In this document: in pieces, positions 24,701 through 37,500 of the stretch
Numbering within the stretch: position 1 is the first letter of the stretch
Layout of the letters: each line of letters opens with the position of its first letter
Assembly: GCA_016748015.1 (NCBI GenBank)
Contig: JAAOMT010000387.1
Coordinates: forward strand, 62,001-126,000
Direction of reading: 5' to 3'
Length of the DNA: 64,000 nt
Source: Geosiphon pyriformis uo1
Lineage: Eukaryota; Fungi; Glomeromycota
Position numbers and translations under genes: made by a program
The notes under the pieces: model-generated
Told to the model about the DNA's origin: nothing
Seen by the model: only the letters and a program-made list of their open reading frames with translations
Databases searched by the model: none

Positions 24701-27439
24701 TTGCAAGACATGTGTAAGGCTTATGACTCAGTTGGTTGGAAACATCTCAGAAGAAGTCTGGTCAGGATTAAGATATGTGAGAAGTTTATTAGATTTTTTG
24801 GTAGCATTCACAATGGTCATCTTAACAGAGTGATGACTGACTTTGGCCTAACTGATGGATATTGTGTTTATGATGGGCTGGACCAAGGAGAAGTTTTCTT
24901 TTCTCTTCTCTGGCATATATTCTATGATTCACTCTTGTGTAAAGTCAAAAGACAGAATAGTGTGTATAGCTATAAGTTGAATTCTTATTTTATATCCAAA
25001 ACTGGCTGGGTGGATCCTCAAGCTGGGCTGTCTTCATTTTTTGCTGCTGGTGCTTTTGTCGATAATACTATTTGGGTTGGTAGCAGCCAGGCTGTTACAC
25101 AATACATCCTTGATATTGCTAGTAAGTTTTTCAAGTTTAACAATATTTCTGTAAATAACAACAAAACGGTGGCCATCCCTATCAATTGCCAGGTGTTGAA
25201 TCCTCATTTGACTATCAATGGTGCACCTATTTCTATTGCCAAGAAAGAAGAATCTCATCATTATCTAGGCATTTTTTTATTTTCTAAAGGTCTTTCAAAG
25301 CCCAGCTTAGCTAAAGCCCAGATAGATGTATGGTTTTTTGTGAATCTAGTTTTAAGAAAGGCAGTTTCTGATAAACAGTGTGCGTATTTGGTGTTCACAG
25401 TTCTTTTTTCCATCATCAGCTATAGAACTCAGTTCAGTTTTGTTTTTGTGGGTGTTTGTAACAAATGGGATGCTCTAGTACGCAAAATCTTGAAATCTAA
25501 GTCTGAGTTGCCCCGTGATTTCCCCAATGATGTACTGCACCACTCCTCATTGTATGGTTTAAAGACTTTTGAGCAGATTCAGGCTAAAAGTAAATTGGCA
25601 TCTGCTGTTATTTTTGCAAATTCTGCTGGTATTTTGGGTCGCCTTTTTTTTCATAGGTCTCATGATCTTCAAGTTTTCAGCTGGCGCCCGCATCATTCTT
25701 TGCTGTTTTTATTTCATATTGGTGTCAATTCCTTGAACAATTTTTTGGCTGGTGTGGTTCATATTTTTTCCAGATGTGATTTGTCTTTGGGTGGCTCTTT
25801 GGCTTGTGCTTTTTGCCATCAGTGCAGTATTCCTATGTTTTTGGTTCTTGGTAAACTCTGTTTTTTCAGATGTGTCTCTTCACTCAGACATTATGGAATT
25901 GCTTTTGTGGAACAGCTTTATGACCATAATGGTAATGTTTTCAGTTGGAGAGCCTTTAAGCATTGGAAGAGGCTAGACTCTCATGGCCCAATCCCTTTCT
26001 GGTTTGATCTCTCCATTCGCTTTCTTGGTGGTGTTGGTCCCCTCTCCTTAAGTTCTTCTTTGGTGGATGGTCATGCTGTATCAGATATTCGTCTCTTTCA
26101 TGATTTTAGTGTGATTTGTGACACTCTGCTGACTGCTGATGCTGCCCACCTTTTTGTGTATATGGATGGGTCTCTGTCTGGTCTGAGCACTGTTGACATG
26201 AAAGCAGATACTGCTGTTTTTTTTGAAGACATTAACTTGGGTTTGGGGGTGGGGGTGTTTGGTTTGGTTTCTTTTACTCTAATGGAGCTGCAAGCCATAG
26301 CTTTGGCTCTTGAGTGTGTTCCTTCTTCTTGTTCAATTGACTTGTTTTCAGATAGCCAAGCTGTTTTGGATGCATATAGATCAAAGTTTTTGCTGGTTCA
26401 TCCGGATTTCAGGAACCACTGTTGAATTGAGCATCACCACATTGCTACCATTATTCATCAAAAGAATTTGGATGTGAATTGGGTTAAGGTAAAAGATCAT
26501 TCAAATGTCTCAGGCAATGAGCATGCTGATGCATTTGCCAAAAATGCTGCTTTCTCTGTTTGGCATCTGCCTCATTTAGTTAGTGAACATTTTCTGTGCA
26601 CTGGTAGTATGGCAGTTTTTGGTAATTCTAAACACTTTGTTCATGATATTTTCCAATCAGTTTATCATGCTCATTGGGAGATTGGAGTTGGTTCTCATGT
26701 TGTGGCTAATAGTTTGCATGCTGATGTTAATTGGTTTAAGTCTTCTATGGTATGGCACACCAATTTTTACTTGGCCTCCAGTTTCATAAGCATGTGCATG
26801 GTGAGCTGTCACACTTACTTTATGAAAGCTTTTTATTATCAGCTTTCTGTTGCTGTGTGCAAGCATTTATATGATAGGAGATACTCCAGTGTGGTCTGTC
26901 TGTTCTGTGGTAATGTTGAGTTCTCAGATCACGTTTTTTCATGTCCTCAGGATGCTGCAGACTGTGCTCGTTTGTTGGACACTTATGCTTCAGCTTGGAA
27001 GGCTCTTTTTGGTTTATTTTGCTCTTCTTTATGTGTTTTACAGGTGTTGGCTTCTTGTATTTCTGAGGTTGAAATTGGTGTTGCTCTGTGTAAAGACTTT
27101 GTTTTCGATGACTGGTTTCAGGAGTCTGTCTTGGTTTTTAAAGATTCTAAGGAGAGTACTAAAAGGATTGTGGGCTTTGTGCGTGAGTTTTGTCTTGTAT
27201 TTTGGAATGATATTTGGTTGGTTCATGCCAAACACCAGGCATTTATGAAGAGGCATGGTTTAATTCCATGTGATGGGTCCATTTTCATGTTAATTTCTGG
27301 TTTGTTTGTGGCATTTTTGGCTGGTGTGATTAGGCTGTTGGGTATTGCTAAAGCTTTTGGAGTTAGTTTTGGGTTTTGCAAGCTTTGTTTATTCTTTTCG
27401 GGTATTGAGAACACAGTCTCTGTGCATATAGGTGTGTAG
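21765..27439 (+). pseudogene. LINE L-b ORF2 (AP endonuclease, RT, RNase H, zinc finger), split by solo LTR 23229-24210
   Basis: IATCNVR, GSGVAI, GGDFNE, IDYVF, TDYRAV (APE); PIALIET, QDMCKAYDSV, GLDQGE, AFVDN (RT); YMDGS, MELQAI, FSDSQ, KVKDH..GNEHAD (RNase H); CLFC..DHVFSC. Confidence 0.92.
23229..24210 (+). mobile_element. solo LTR of Gypsy family A (982 bp)
   Basis: TGTTA...TAACA termini. TSD TTGG (23225-28) / TCGG (24211-14). LINE reads HQYRPLEY when the LTR is removed. TATAAA near 23608, AATAAA near 23693. Confidence 0.95.
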
Positions 27440-30400
27440 TGTTGTTCTGATTAGCCCAAGTGGCTGGTCACATGTAGAAAGTACATGATTCGCACTTAGT
27501 TTAAATCATTTGTACGATGTATAATGCTAGGTAGCGTTTGGACCTCACTTGTAAAATATTAATAAAAAAAAATAAATAAATAAACTTAGCAAATTTTTAA
27601 CCAAAAAAATAATAATCTTATTATTAATAACTTTAAATATTTTTAAATTTTAAATTACATAATATAAATTTTTTTTTTATTTGGTATTTTTTGTAATAAT
27701 CTAAAATATTTAATAACAATTTTAATTAATAAGTATTTAAAACAGCTTAATTATTTAAAAAACAATTTAACAATACTATTAACCAAAATTATATTTAAAA
27801 TTAAAATAATTACTTAAAATTTTATTATAGTAAATAATAATAATTCAATAATTTAATATTTAAACCAAATTTTAAATCAAAAAAAAATAAGTTATAATAC
27901 TACTTAAAATTTTAAAAAATTAATATTTTATTAGTGTAAATTTTTTAACTTTTACAAAATTTAAAAAATTCAAAATACAATTATTACAAGAGATTATAAT
28001 AAAAAAACAAAATATATTAATATAAAATATATTTTTCTCTTGTTAATCCCTTGGTCACAATGAGAGCTTAATTATATCAAAAGAATAAATTTTTTCTCCT
28101 CTCTTATTTTTATAAATTTTGCAGTTATTTCTTTTAACATACTTCTGTTTATAAGTATAAAACCAATAGGCTTTTTTGCTAATAAGTCAGCATCTATTTG
28201 GCTGGGTTGAGAACCCAGTCAGGTATTAAAACTAAGCATTTAGTGAGTGGTTATTTATAAGATGTTTTTTATAAAAAACCCAAAAAGCCTACTATTGTTA
28301 ACAGTATAGTCAAGACATCTGTTGGCCTTCTGGTTTTTACAAATATGTTTACTGATAGTAACAGACCTGTAAGGTTCTGAAACAGCAAAGTAAGCAGCAA
28401 GACAAGCAGTATTAGTGGTATTTCAGATCTGGAAAACATAAAGGATATGATTGTGGAAGAAACAAGCTATATTGATTCAAATGTTTCAGAAGTTGATAAT
28501 ACAATAAATGATACTACTTTCAAGAAGACATGTACTAGGACATATATTTTGGGCAACAAGCCAAACAAGATTTTTTTCAATAATTTAAGCAATAATAATG
28601 ACAATATTTTGACACTTCTGGTTTCTAAATTTTCTGGTACTAAGCATTTATTAACTATTGGGTCATGTGTCCTGAATAAATGCAATTTTGGGTTAATTAA
28701 ATCTTTCACACTTAATATTGAGTTGTTAGCTATACTTGGGAAGACTAATAGTAATAAATTAATGGCAATAAAAAAAATTTTTTATCAAATTGATGGTTTT
28801 GAAGGAGCATTAACTCCCTTAAGATTTCTAGAAATCATCAGAGCTTTATTTACTTCTGAATCTAGTATAAATAAGACAAAAAAATTGGCAATCTGTGAAA
28901 AAATTATGGTTAATAATAATCTCAAAAAAGTAAACAGTCATTTAAATTAAGAAATAATTGTTAAGGAGATTCCAGTTGATTTTTTCAAATTGGCTGTAGA
29001 GTCAATTTTTTCTAAATTTGGTAAGATTGTATTAATCAAGATATAACTAATTGGTTTATAACAAAAGGCTTTGGTAAAATATAAATCTTCTGATATAGCT
29101 GATTTGGTTGCAACTAGATAGTCTGTTTTTATGGGAAAAAACTTTGTTTATATGGCAAAAGCAATTGGTAACAAACAAATATGGATGTTCAAAGATTAGC
29201 ATCAGGCTTTGTTGTATATGCTTCTAATTAACACTACTGCTCATAACCTATCTGATTTATTGGTTTCTTATGGTAAAAAAACTTGTGTTATTGGCTGTAA
29301 TTCAAATTCATATGTGCATGATAGGTGTGCTATAGTGTGTTTTGAAAATGAGGCATTCAAATTGGCTGCTATTGGCTCTACTCCAGTATTTAAGAGTGTG
29401 AATTTGTGCTGAACTGGTTTCTCTTTGGTTTGTTGTGCTTAGTGTAAACAATTTGGTTATATTTCTGTTGGTTGTACAATGGGTGAGAATCCTGATGGTC
29501 ATGATAAGTAGGTAGTAACTTCTCAGAATTGTGTTTGTTTGGCCAATATTTATAAGAAAAAGCAAGCATTTATTGCTTGTCTGGTTTTTTTCAGTGGCAA
29601 AACTTGGATCCAAATTGCTGATGGTTCTTTTTCTTATGTGATTTTGTCAAATTCTTTTGGTCTTGGTTTGTCTTTAGGTGTAAAACCCATTCCAATGGTT
29701 TCCAATCCTCTTAATAATTCCTGTTTGGTTAATCATTTGGCTTTTTTGGAATATTTTTTAAAGTTTTTGGCAGATCAAGTTTCTGTTGTTAAGAAAAAAC
29801 TTAGCTTTGTAGAATTGGTGCCTTTGGCATCCAAGTTTTATATATCACTTTTGGTTACTTTAGCATCTTTGGTTTTTAATTTAAATTCAGATATAACTCT
29901 AAATAATATGTTGATGTTTCCTACCCTTTTTTTTTGGTTATTGTGAATACAATTGCTGACTTTAACTCAAGTAGTTCTAAGGTTTTAACCACTAAAGTAG
30001 ATGGATTGAAGTCTAAGTTGGTAACTTTAGAAGTATTAGTTAAATTAGTTTTAGAGAGATTAAATTGTTTATGCTCTAATTTGGGTTTGTTAGCTCCTTT
30101 TACTTCTCAATAAGTAATCTGGTTTAGAAATTTGCTATGTGCAATGTTCAGAGTATTAATGTTTCTGCCAAGCAGGATGACATTGTTTATTGGCATATGG
30201 AATTAGAGAACATAATTTTAATTGTTACAGAAATGAAATTAAGATCTTATATTAAGCCATAGATCAAGAATAAGTTTGATGGTGTTTGGGTTTTTACTTT
30301 TGGTTTGGATACAGATTTTCTTGGCACTGGGGTTGTCATAATCATGAACAATTCTTTGGCTTATTATATGTTTACAGTAGAAAAAATTTCTGGTCAGTTG

Positions 30401-32728
30401 ATTTCTATATGTCTTCTGTTTAAAAATAAGCTTTTAGTTTCAGTTTTGGGTTTTTATACTGGTGTATTCATTGGTATTTATTTTGGCCAAGCTGCTAATA
30501 TCAGCTTTATGATATCTAAGGTGATCAATTCTAGCTTTTTTGTGGTCTTAGGTGGTGACTTTAATGAAAATAGGTCCAAAAAAAGTGCTAGTTTCAAGTT
30601 TTGCTTAAATTTGAGTCTGGTCAATACTTTTAATAAATATGTATTGACCAAAGTTCTTACTTGGGACAATTCTAGGGGCATCAAAAGAGTTATAGATTTT
30701 ATTTTTGTAAGTAAGAACTTAGTGTTTGCAATTGCATCACATAGAGTCAATGATATGTTTAGGTTTTTTGATACAGATTATAAGTCAGTTTCAGTTTCAA
30801 TTAGTTTGGGTGAACTTCTGAATGCTTGTCTTATCAGTGCTTGTAAGCAGACCAACTAAGACCAGTGAAAGTTCAAGTTGGAAAATGTTGACAAAGTTCA
30901 GTGGTTGCATTTCAAAGAGTGTTCTTCCACTGTGTTGTTGGCCAAATTAAACATATTTGAGGTTGCAAAAGACAATAGTAACTTAAATATAATGTAGAAT
31001 TTGTTAGAGGAAGCCATAGTACAAGCTACTACTAGAGTGTTTTCTAAGAACTGGTATAGTGAATATGATTGTTCAAGAAACAAACAATTGTCGAAATTTT
31101 ATAAGTTGAAGCTGCTCATTGCTAAGATTGTGAAATGCTGGAATTTTAAAGATCTTCTGAATTTTGACTGTCTTGTTAAAGTTTGAACATTTATTGATGT
31201 TGTTGAAGTGTCTAAGATTATTAGCATGGTTTCAGATAGTGTTGGTTCAAGAGATTTGGTTAGGTATTTGTCAGTAGTAAGGAAGAAATATCATAAGTTT
31301 AAGTATTATGAATTAAAATTGGCTAAAAATGCTAATATTAGGAAGGCTATTAACTAACATATGGGAAATTTCTGCTCTGATAAGAGATAGATAATAAAAA
31401 GCATTTTGGAACACTCATTTCACAAGATTGTTTTGGATTATTTAGTAGTAAACAATATAATGGTAGTGGAATCTAAGAAGGTAAAGCTTAAGGTTAATGA
31501 GATCATAGAAGAGTGAACAAAAAAGCAGTCAGTGCTCCCAAAGATGTCTAATCTATGGTCTTGTTAATATATGCCTCTGAATTATATAGATAATGATGCC
31601 TTCTTTGATGTGATAAAAAAAATTAACATGGAGAAATTGTCTTTAACTATTAGTAATTTATCTAATGATAAAGCTGCTGGTTTGTCTGGGATTCCTAATA
31701 AACTTTGAAATCATTGTGGTAGAGAAGTGCTGACTTGTCTTTTGAAGCTGCTAAATACTTGTTTAGCATTGAGTATGGTTCTAATCTCTTGGAAGAGAAC
31801 ATGAGTGTCAATGATTCCTAAACTTTATGAATAGAATAGTGTTTTAATGAACACTAGGCTTATTGCTTTGGTTGAAACAGTCTGGAAAATCTTATTAAAA
31901 ATCTTTTCTGATTGAATATCTTTAGCTTGCAGTAAATTTGATGTTTTTTGTGGTAATAACTTTTTGGTGTTGAAAGAACTTCAATCTAGTCTTCTATTTT
32001 TGCCATTGGATTAATTGTAGAGGATGCTTTGAAGAAAAATAGAGAGCTCTGGCTGGTGTTATAAGATATGCACAAAGCTTATAATTTGGTAGGCTAGCAT
32101 TATTTAAAGGCTAGCTTGCATCATATCAAAATGTGTGATCAGTTTATTAGGTTCTTTAGTAACATTTATGAAAACAGATTTAATAGGGTGATGACAGATT
32201 TTAAACTTTCAAATAATTATAGAGTGCATGATAGTTTGAATCAAGATAAGGTCTTTTCTCTACTCCTCTGAAAAATTTTCTATGATCCATTTTTGTGTGA
32301 GGTTAAGAGACATAAGCACTTATGCAAATACAGAATTGATACTAAGTTTGTGACAAGATCTGGCAGGATTGAAACAATTGATGGGAAAACTTTTTTTTTG
32401 GCTGTTAATGCCTTTGTTGATAATATAATTTGGGTTGAAAATTGCCAGACTTCCATACAATATATTCTAAATATTGCTAATAAATTTTTTATGGTCAATG
32501 ACATTTTAATAAACAATAATAAGATGGTGGCTATACTTATCAATTAGGGTGTTAAGTCTGCTTTACTGTTAATTAATAGTTTACCAATTTCAATTGCCAA
32601 AAGAAGTGAAGCACACAGATACTTGGGCATTTTTTTGTCTATTAAAGGTTTCTCCAAGCTTAGTTTGGTTCAGGCTCATCTGGATGTTAGGTTTTTCTCT
32701 AATGTGGTATTAAAAAAAGCTATTATGA

Positions 32729-33714
32729 TGTTACTGGAGGTTTTTGGTTTCTTCTTAGCTCTTGTATGTTTGTTGTAATGCTGTTAACTCACAACTATGG
32801 GAAGTGTTTGAACCTCCAATAACTGAATTTTTATCTTCAAATTATCTCTTATAATTTAAACTGCTGGGCTTATAAGTGGAATGGCCAATTCCGTGCCAGT
32901 TGCTTCATGTAATTACATTGTAGTAAACGTCAACTCTTTCTCAGGAATTGCTTGTCTGGAAGCTCACTAAAAATGTGTAGTTATTTTGCTGTAAAAGTCA
33001 ACTCTTCTATAAGAATCTCATCTGTAGGCTACCCTAATGATTATAATAAGAAAATAAAAGAAAGAAAATAAAAGAAATGTAAAAGAAATAGAATTCTGTC
33101 AAAAGAAACGTTTTCTATCCAGGCCTGGAGTCACTAACAGTTTACTGAAATTGGTAGTTAATCAATTTCAAAATGTTAATTGGGTTTTGAGGATTTTCCA
33201 AGTGCAATAATTAAAGAATTTGGTTTTTTTTGAATTATTTGATATTTATTTCTTTTTGTGTGTGTAGAAATGGTTTTAAGTAATAAATCTAAAGTAAGAT
33301 ATATTTTCTTGAAAAGAGAAGCTCTTCTTTTATACAACTTGTCATAATACTATTCTATGAACTTAAACTTTGCTCTTTTTTACAATTTCACTGAACTACA
33401 GATACATTTCGGTGAACTACAAGTTATTTCTGCAAACTATTAGATATTTCAGTGAACTATCAATTATTTTGGTGAATTTCTACAAATTTTGGCAAACTTT
33501 TGAATGTTACATATTTCGGGGTATTGCATGATTGATCATTGCAATTAGGTTACATTTGTGTTATGTACAAATTGGGTTATTAATTAAATGATAATTTCAG
33601 ACATTTTGCTAATGTAATAAGTGATAATTTGAAACAATAATATATGCTAATTAATGATAGGAATTATAAAGATAATTTCATGCTAAATAATATTTCTAAT
33701 TTTGTCTGGTAATA
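32729..33714 (-). repeat. 3' LTR of A2
   Basis: 986-bp direct repeat of 41596-42573, next to the PPT GAGGAGGAGGTTA. Confidence 0.95.
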
Positions 33715-34402
33715 TAACCTCCTCCTCAAAACTGAGCTCTGTCAAAGTCCAAGTACTGTCTGTAATTTCCAGATAATAATCCAAAATTATTGAAGAAATT
33801 TGGTCTGAAAATTGTTGAAATTTCAGTTCTGTAAGCTTTCCAATGTATTGAATCTTCAAAGGTTGTAAAATTGGGTTTTGTAGGACGTTTTTACAGGTGT
33901 GGAATAGATCATAAAATCTAAGAGCAGCTTTTAGTTTATAATGACTGTTTGTAAGTCCAGCTGTTGTCTTGAATTTGTTGTGGAGTTGTTTCTGAATAGC
34001 TTCTTTTGTGAGGTTTGCTGCTGTAAGCTCCCGTTTTCATTCATGAAGTGTTTTTCCAATGTAGAAATATCTATATATTGGAGTATAGTTGTAGTTTTCT
34101 TCATTAAGACACAGTTGAAGTTTTTGTTGAATAGTAGTATTTGGTGGAATACTAATAAAAGTGAGTATTAAGTTTTCTCTTAAAGCAAGCTTTAAAAGTT
34201 CTGACAGGTGAATTCCAGAATAACTTCTTGTGTTCTTCTTATATGGGTGATATTTTCGTGAATTTGGGGCTAAATTTGTAACTACTTCTGTTTGGGTATA
34301 ATTAATGTGGTTTCCAGTAACAGTAATAGATAATTTGGGTATTGTTTTTAAAGCTAACATTAGTTTTTGGGATAATTGCTGAATGTTTTGAGGAATAGTC
34401 AT
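33683..34402 (-). pseudogene. A2 ORF3 (env position, ~239 aa, unknown function)
   Basis: ATG at 34402. One TGA at 34037-39 (CGA in A3). Frame continues through the PPT (EEEVI) to TAG inside the LTR. Homolog in A3. Confidence 0.8.
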
Positions 34403-34524
34403 TATAAGAGATTTGAAAATAAAAGAAATTTATTTTTGATGTATGGGTTTTTATGTTATTTTTGCTTTGTTTTTGTAAGATTGTTTCTAAATTATAAGGA
34501 GATAACTATAATAATAAATTTAAG

Positions 34525-37500
34525 TTAAGTGTTCAAGTTGGGAGATTGTTCAATGACAACTATTAGTTCTAAATTTTGGGGAATATCTTCGGGATTGATT
34601 AAAGGGGAATGTGTACCAATTTGTGGAATTAATAGTTCAGAATTGTTTCTGAAATTATAGTGTTTCAAATGATCTCCATGTGCAACTTTTGCTAGGATTT
34701 TGTCATTATGTCTTAGCTTGTATGATCTATTGCCTAGGACTTCATGGATAAAAAATGGTCCATCCCATTTATTTTCAAATTTTTCACTCCATTGTTTTTC
34801 AGCTTTAGTTCTGTGTAAGAAAACTTTGTTTCCGATTTTAAATTCATTGGTAACTGGAGGCAATTTGTTGTCATGCCATTCTTTTTGTTGAGCTTGAGAG
34901 TGTTTAATATGGATGGCTGCTATTCATTGTTTTCCTTTCAATGTGCTAAGCAGAGTATAGGCTCTTTGTTGTAGTGTTTTCTGAAAGTTGTCTTTATTAA
35001 TTGGTTGTACTGAATATGTTTCCATTGTGAAACTAATTGGTAATGTTGCTGTCCTTCCGTAGGTTAGATCAAATGATGTGTGTTTTGTGGTATCTTGTTT
35101 TAGTGTTCTATATGCTAATAACACTGATAGAATAAAGAGATCCTATTTTTGCTCAAAATCCATTGAGACTTTGGCTAATAATTCACACAATGTTCTGTTG
35201 AAATGTTCTACAAGTTTATTTGTTTGTGGATGGTAGGGCGAAGATAATGGTCTCTTAACATTAAATTGTTCACAAATTTCCTGGATTAAATTGTTCATGA
35301 AATGTGTTCCTTAATCAGATAAAAGTTCTATTGGGCATCCATGTTTACAAATGATGTCTTCATAGATAAAGTTTGCTACTGATTTTGCATCTGCTCATTG
35401 AATGGCTCTGGCTTCAGGCCATTTGGTGAGATAGTCTACAGCTACTGCAATATAACGGTTTCCTTGGTTTGTGATAGGTAGTGATCTGACTAAATCGATA
35501 CCAATTCGGTCAAAAGGCTGTCCAACTTTAATTGGGTTTAAAGGTTCTGTAGGGCAAGTTCCTTCTTTTCTTTGACAACTATCACAAGATTTAACATATT
35601 CATAAATGTCTTTTCTCATTCAAGGCCAAAAGTAATATTCTAGTGTTCTCTGAGTGGTGCTGTCTTTTCCTAGGTGTGCTGATGAAAGGTCTGAATACAT
35701 GTTATATAAAATAGTTTTTTTTTTATGTTCTTGTATTAATCTGAGCGGATTGTCTGGGTTTTTGAAGTTTCAATAATAGATCATGTTATTGTGTAAGAGG
35801 TATTGTCTGGCTTGTTGTTGTAACCAATGTTTTTCATCTGGGGACCAATCTGTTGGGATTGTTAATGTCTCCAAATATTGTTTAAGATTGTTGTAGTTTT
35901 CGGGGTTTATTGTTTGTTGTTTTGTTGTTAATTCAAATGGGTGTTGGTTCTGTATTCTAATCTTGTCTCATTCTTGAGAGACATCAATGTTGGTGTGAAG
36001 TTTTCTTGGTTTGTGGTGTACAGTGTATTGATAGTTGGCTAAAAATCCTGTCCATCAGGTTTGTTTTGCATTCAGTTGGGTGTTTTTGTTCTGAAGCCAT
36101 TTGAGTCTAATATTATCAATGATAATATCAAATTCTTTGGGTCTGAGGTAAAAGTTGAAGTGATGTAGGGCCCAAATTATGGCTGCTGTTTCTAGTTCTG
36201 TGGCAGAGTAGTTTTTCTCAGCTGGTTTTAATGTTCTGCTAGCATAAGCAATTACTTGCTCATTTCCATTGTTATCTAATTATGATAAGATGGCACCAAA
36301 GGCAGTATAAGAAGTATCTGTAGCTAGTCAAAATTGGTTACTAAAGTTTGAGTAGGCAAGAATTGGAGCTGTTGTCAGCTTTTTCTTGAGAATTTCAAAA
36401 GCTTTTTGGCATTTTTCTATCTATTTGTATTCGATGTTTTTAGTAATGAGCTGGTTGAAGGGTTTTGTGATTTCTAAGAATCCTTTGATGAATTTTTGAT
36501 AATAGGAAGCTAATCCAATAAATCCTCTCAATTCTGTGGTATTTTGTGAAGTCTTGAAGTTCTTAACAGTGCTGATTTTTCTGGGGTCTGGTTTAATTCT
36601 ATCTTTGCTTACAATGTGGCCAAGAAAGGCCAAACTCGTTTTTCCGAAATAGCATTTTTCGATGTTCAGTTTCAATTCTGCTTTCTGTAATCATTGAAAA
36701 ACTTCTTGCAGGTGTGTTAAGTGTAATTCAAAAGATAGTGAATAAACATTAGTATCATTGAGATAGACAACTACTGATTTCCAAAGAAGGCCTTTGTAAA
36801 CAACATCCATGAGTCTTTGGAATGTTGTTGGTGTATTGTATAATCCGAAAGGCATTATGTTGAACTCATAGTTTCTTTCTTAAGTGGTAAATGCTGTTTT
36901 GGAGCAATCTTTGGGATCTATGGCAACTTGCCAGTATTCACTCTCTAAATCTAATGTCGAAAAGTATTTGGATTTTCCAAGGGCATCCAACATATTATTA
37001 ATTCAGGAAAGGGGGTAGGCATCTCCAATGGTAACACTGTTGAGTTGTCGATAATCAACACAAAATCGTATCTTTCCATTTTTCTTTTTAACTAAGACCA
37101 CCAGTGAGGCCCATGGACTCATTGATGATTAAATAAGCTCATTGTTGAGCATCCATTGTACTTCTTTGCGAATAAATTGGTGACTTTCTGGAGCAACTCA
37201 GTAGGCTTGCTGTCATCTTGGTTTGGCATCTTCTGTATAGATTTGGTGTTGAACCAAATCAGTTCTTCCTAGGTCATTGTTGTTTTCAGCAAAGATATTG
37301 GCAAATTCTACAATTAGCTCTTTGAGCTGGCTCCGTTGTTGTGGTTCAAGTTGTTCCATGTTGATTCGAGATAGTTTTTCCATGACAACATGGTAGTTTT
37401 CAGAGCTGAGATTTGGATTGATTTTTGGTAGTGAATGTCCAATAATTTCAGAGAAATCAGGGACTGTTTGGGGTAATTCTTGTTGAAAAATATTACTATG

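Larger units (their letters stand above)
19711..27577 (+). mobile_element. full-length LINE L-b carrying a solo LTR in ORF2
   Basis: 5' UTR, ORF1, ORF2 (APE-RT-RNase H-zf), 3' UTR motif at 27452-27477, A-tail. Weak candidate TSD AAATAAAC. Confidence 0.93.

Noticed and set aside
33683-34402. ORF3 as a true envelope gene
   Set aside because: No signal peptide or transmembrane anchor is visible.
34525-34700. Chromodomain at the integrase C-terminus
   Set aside because: The tail after the GPF module lacks the aromatic-cage pattern (Y.VE.I, YLVKW.G).
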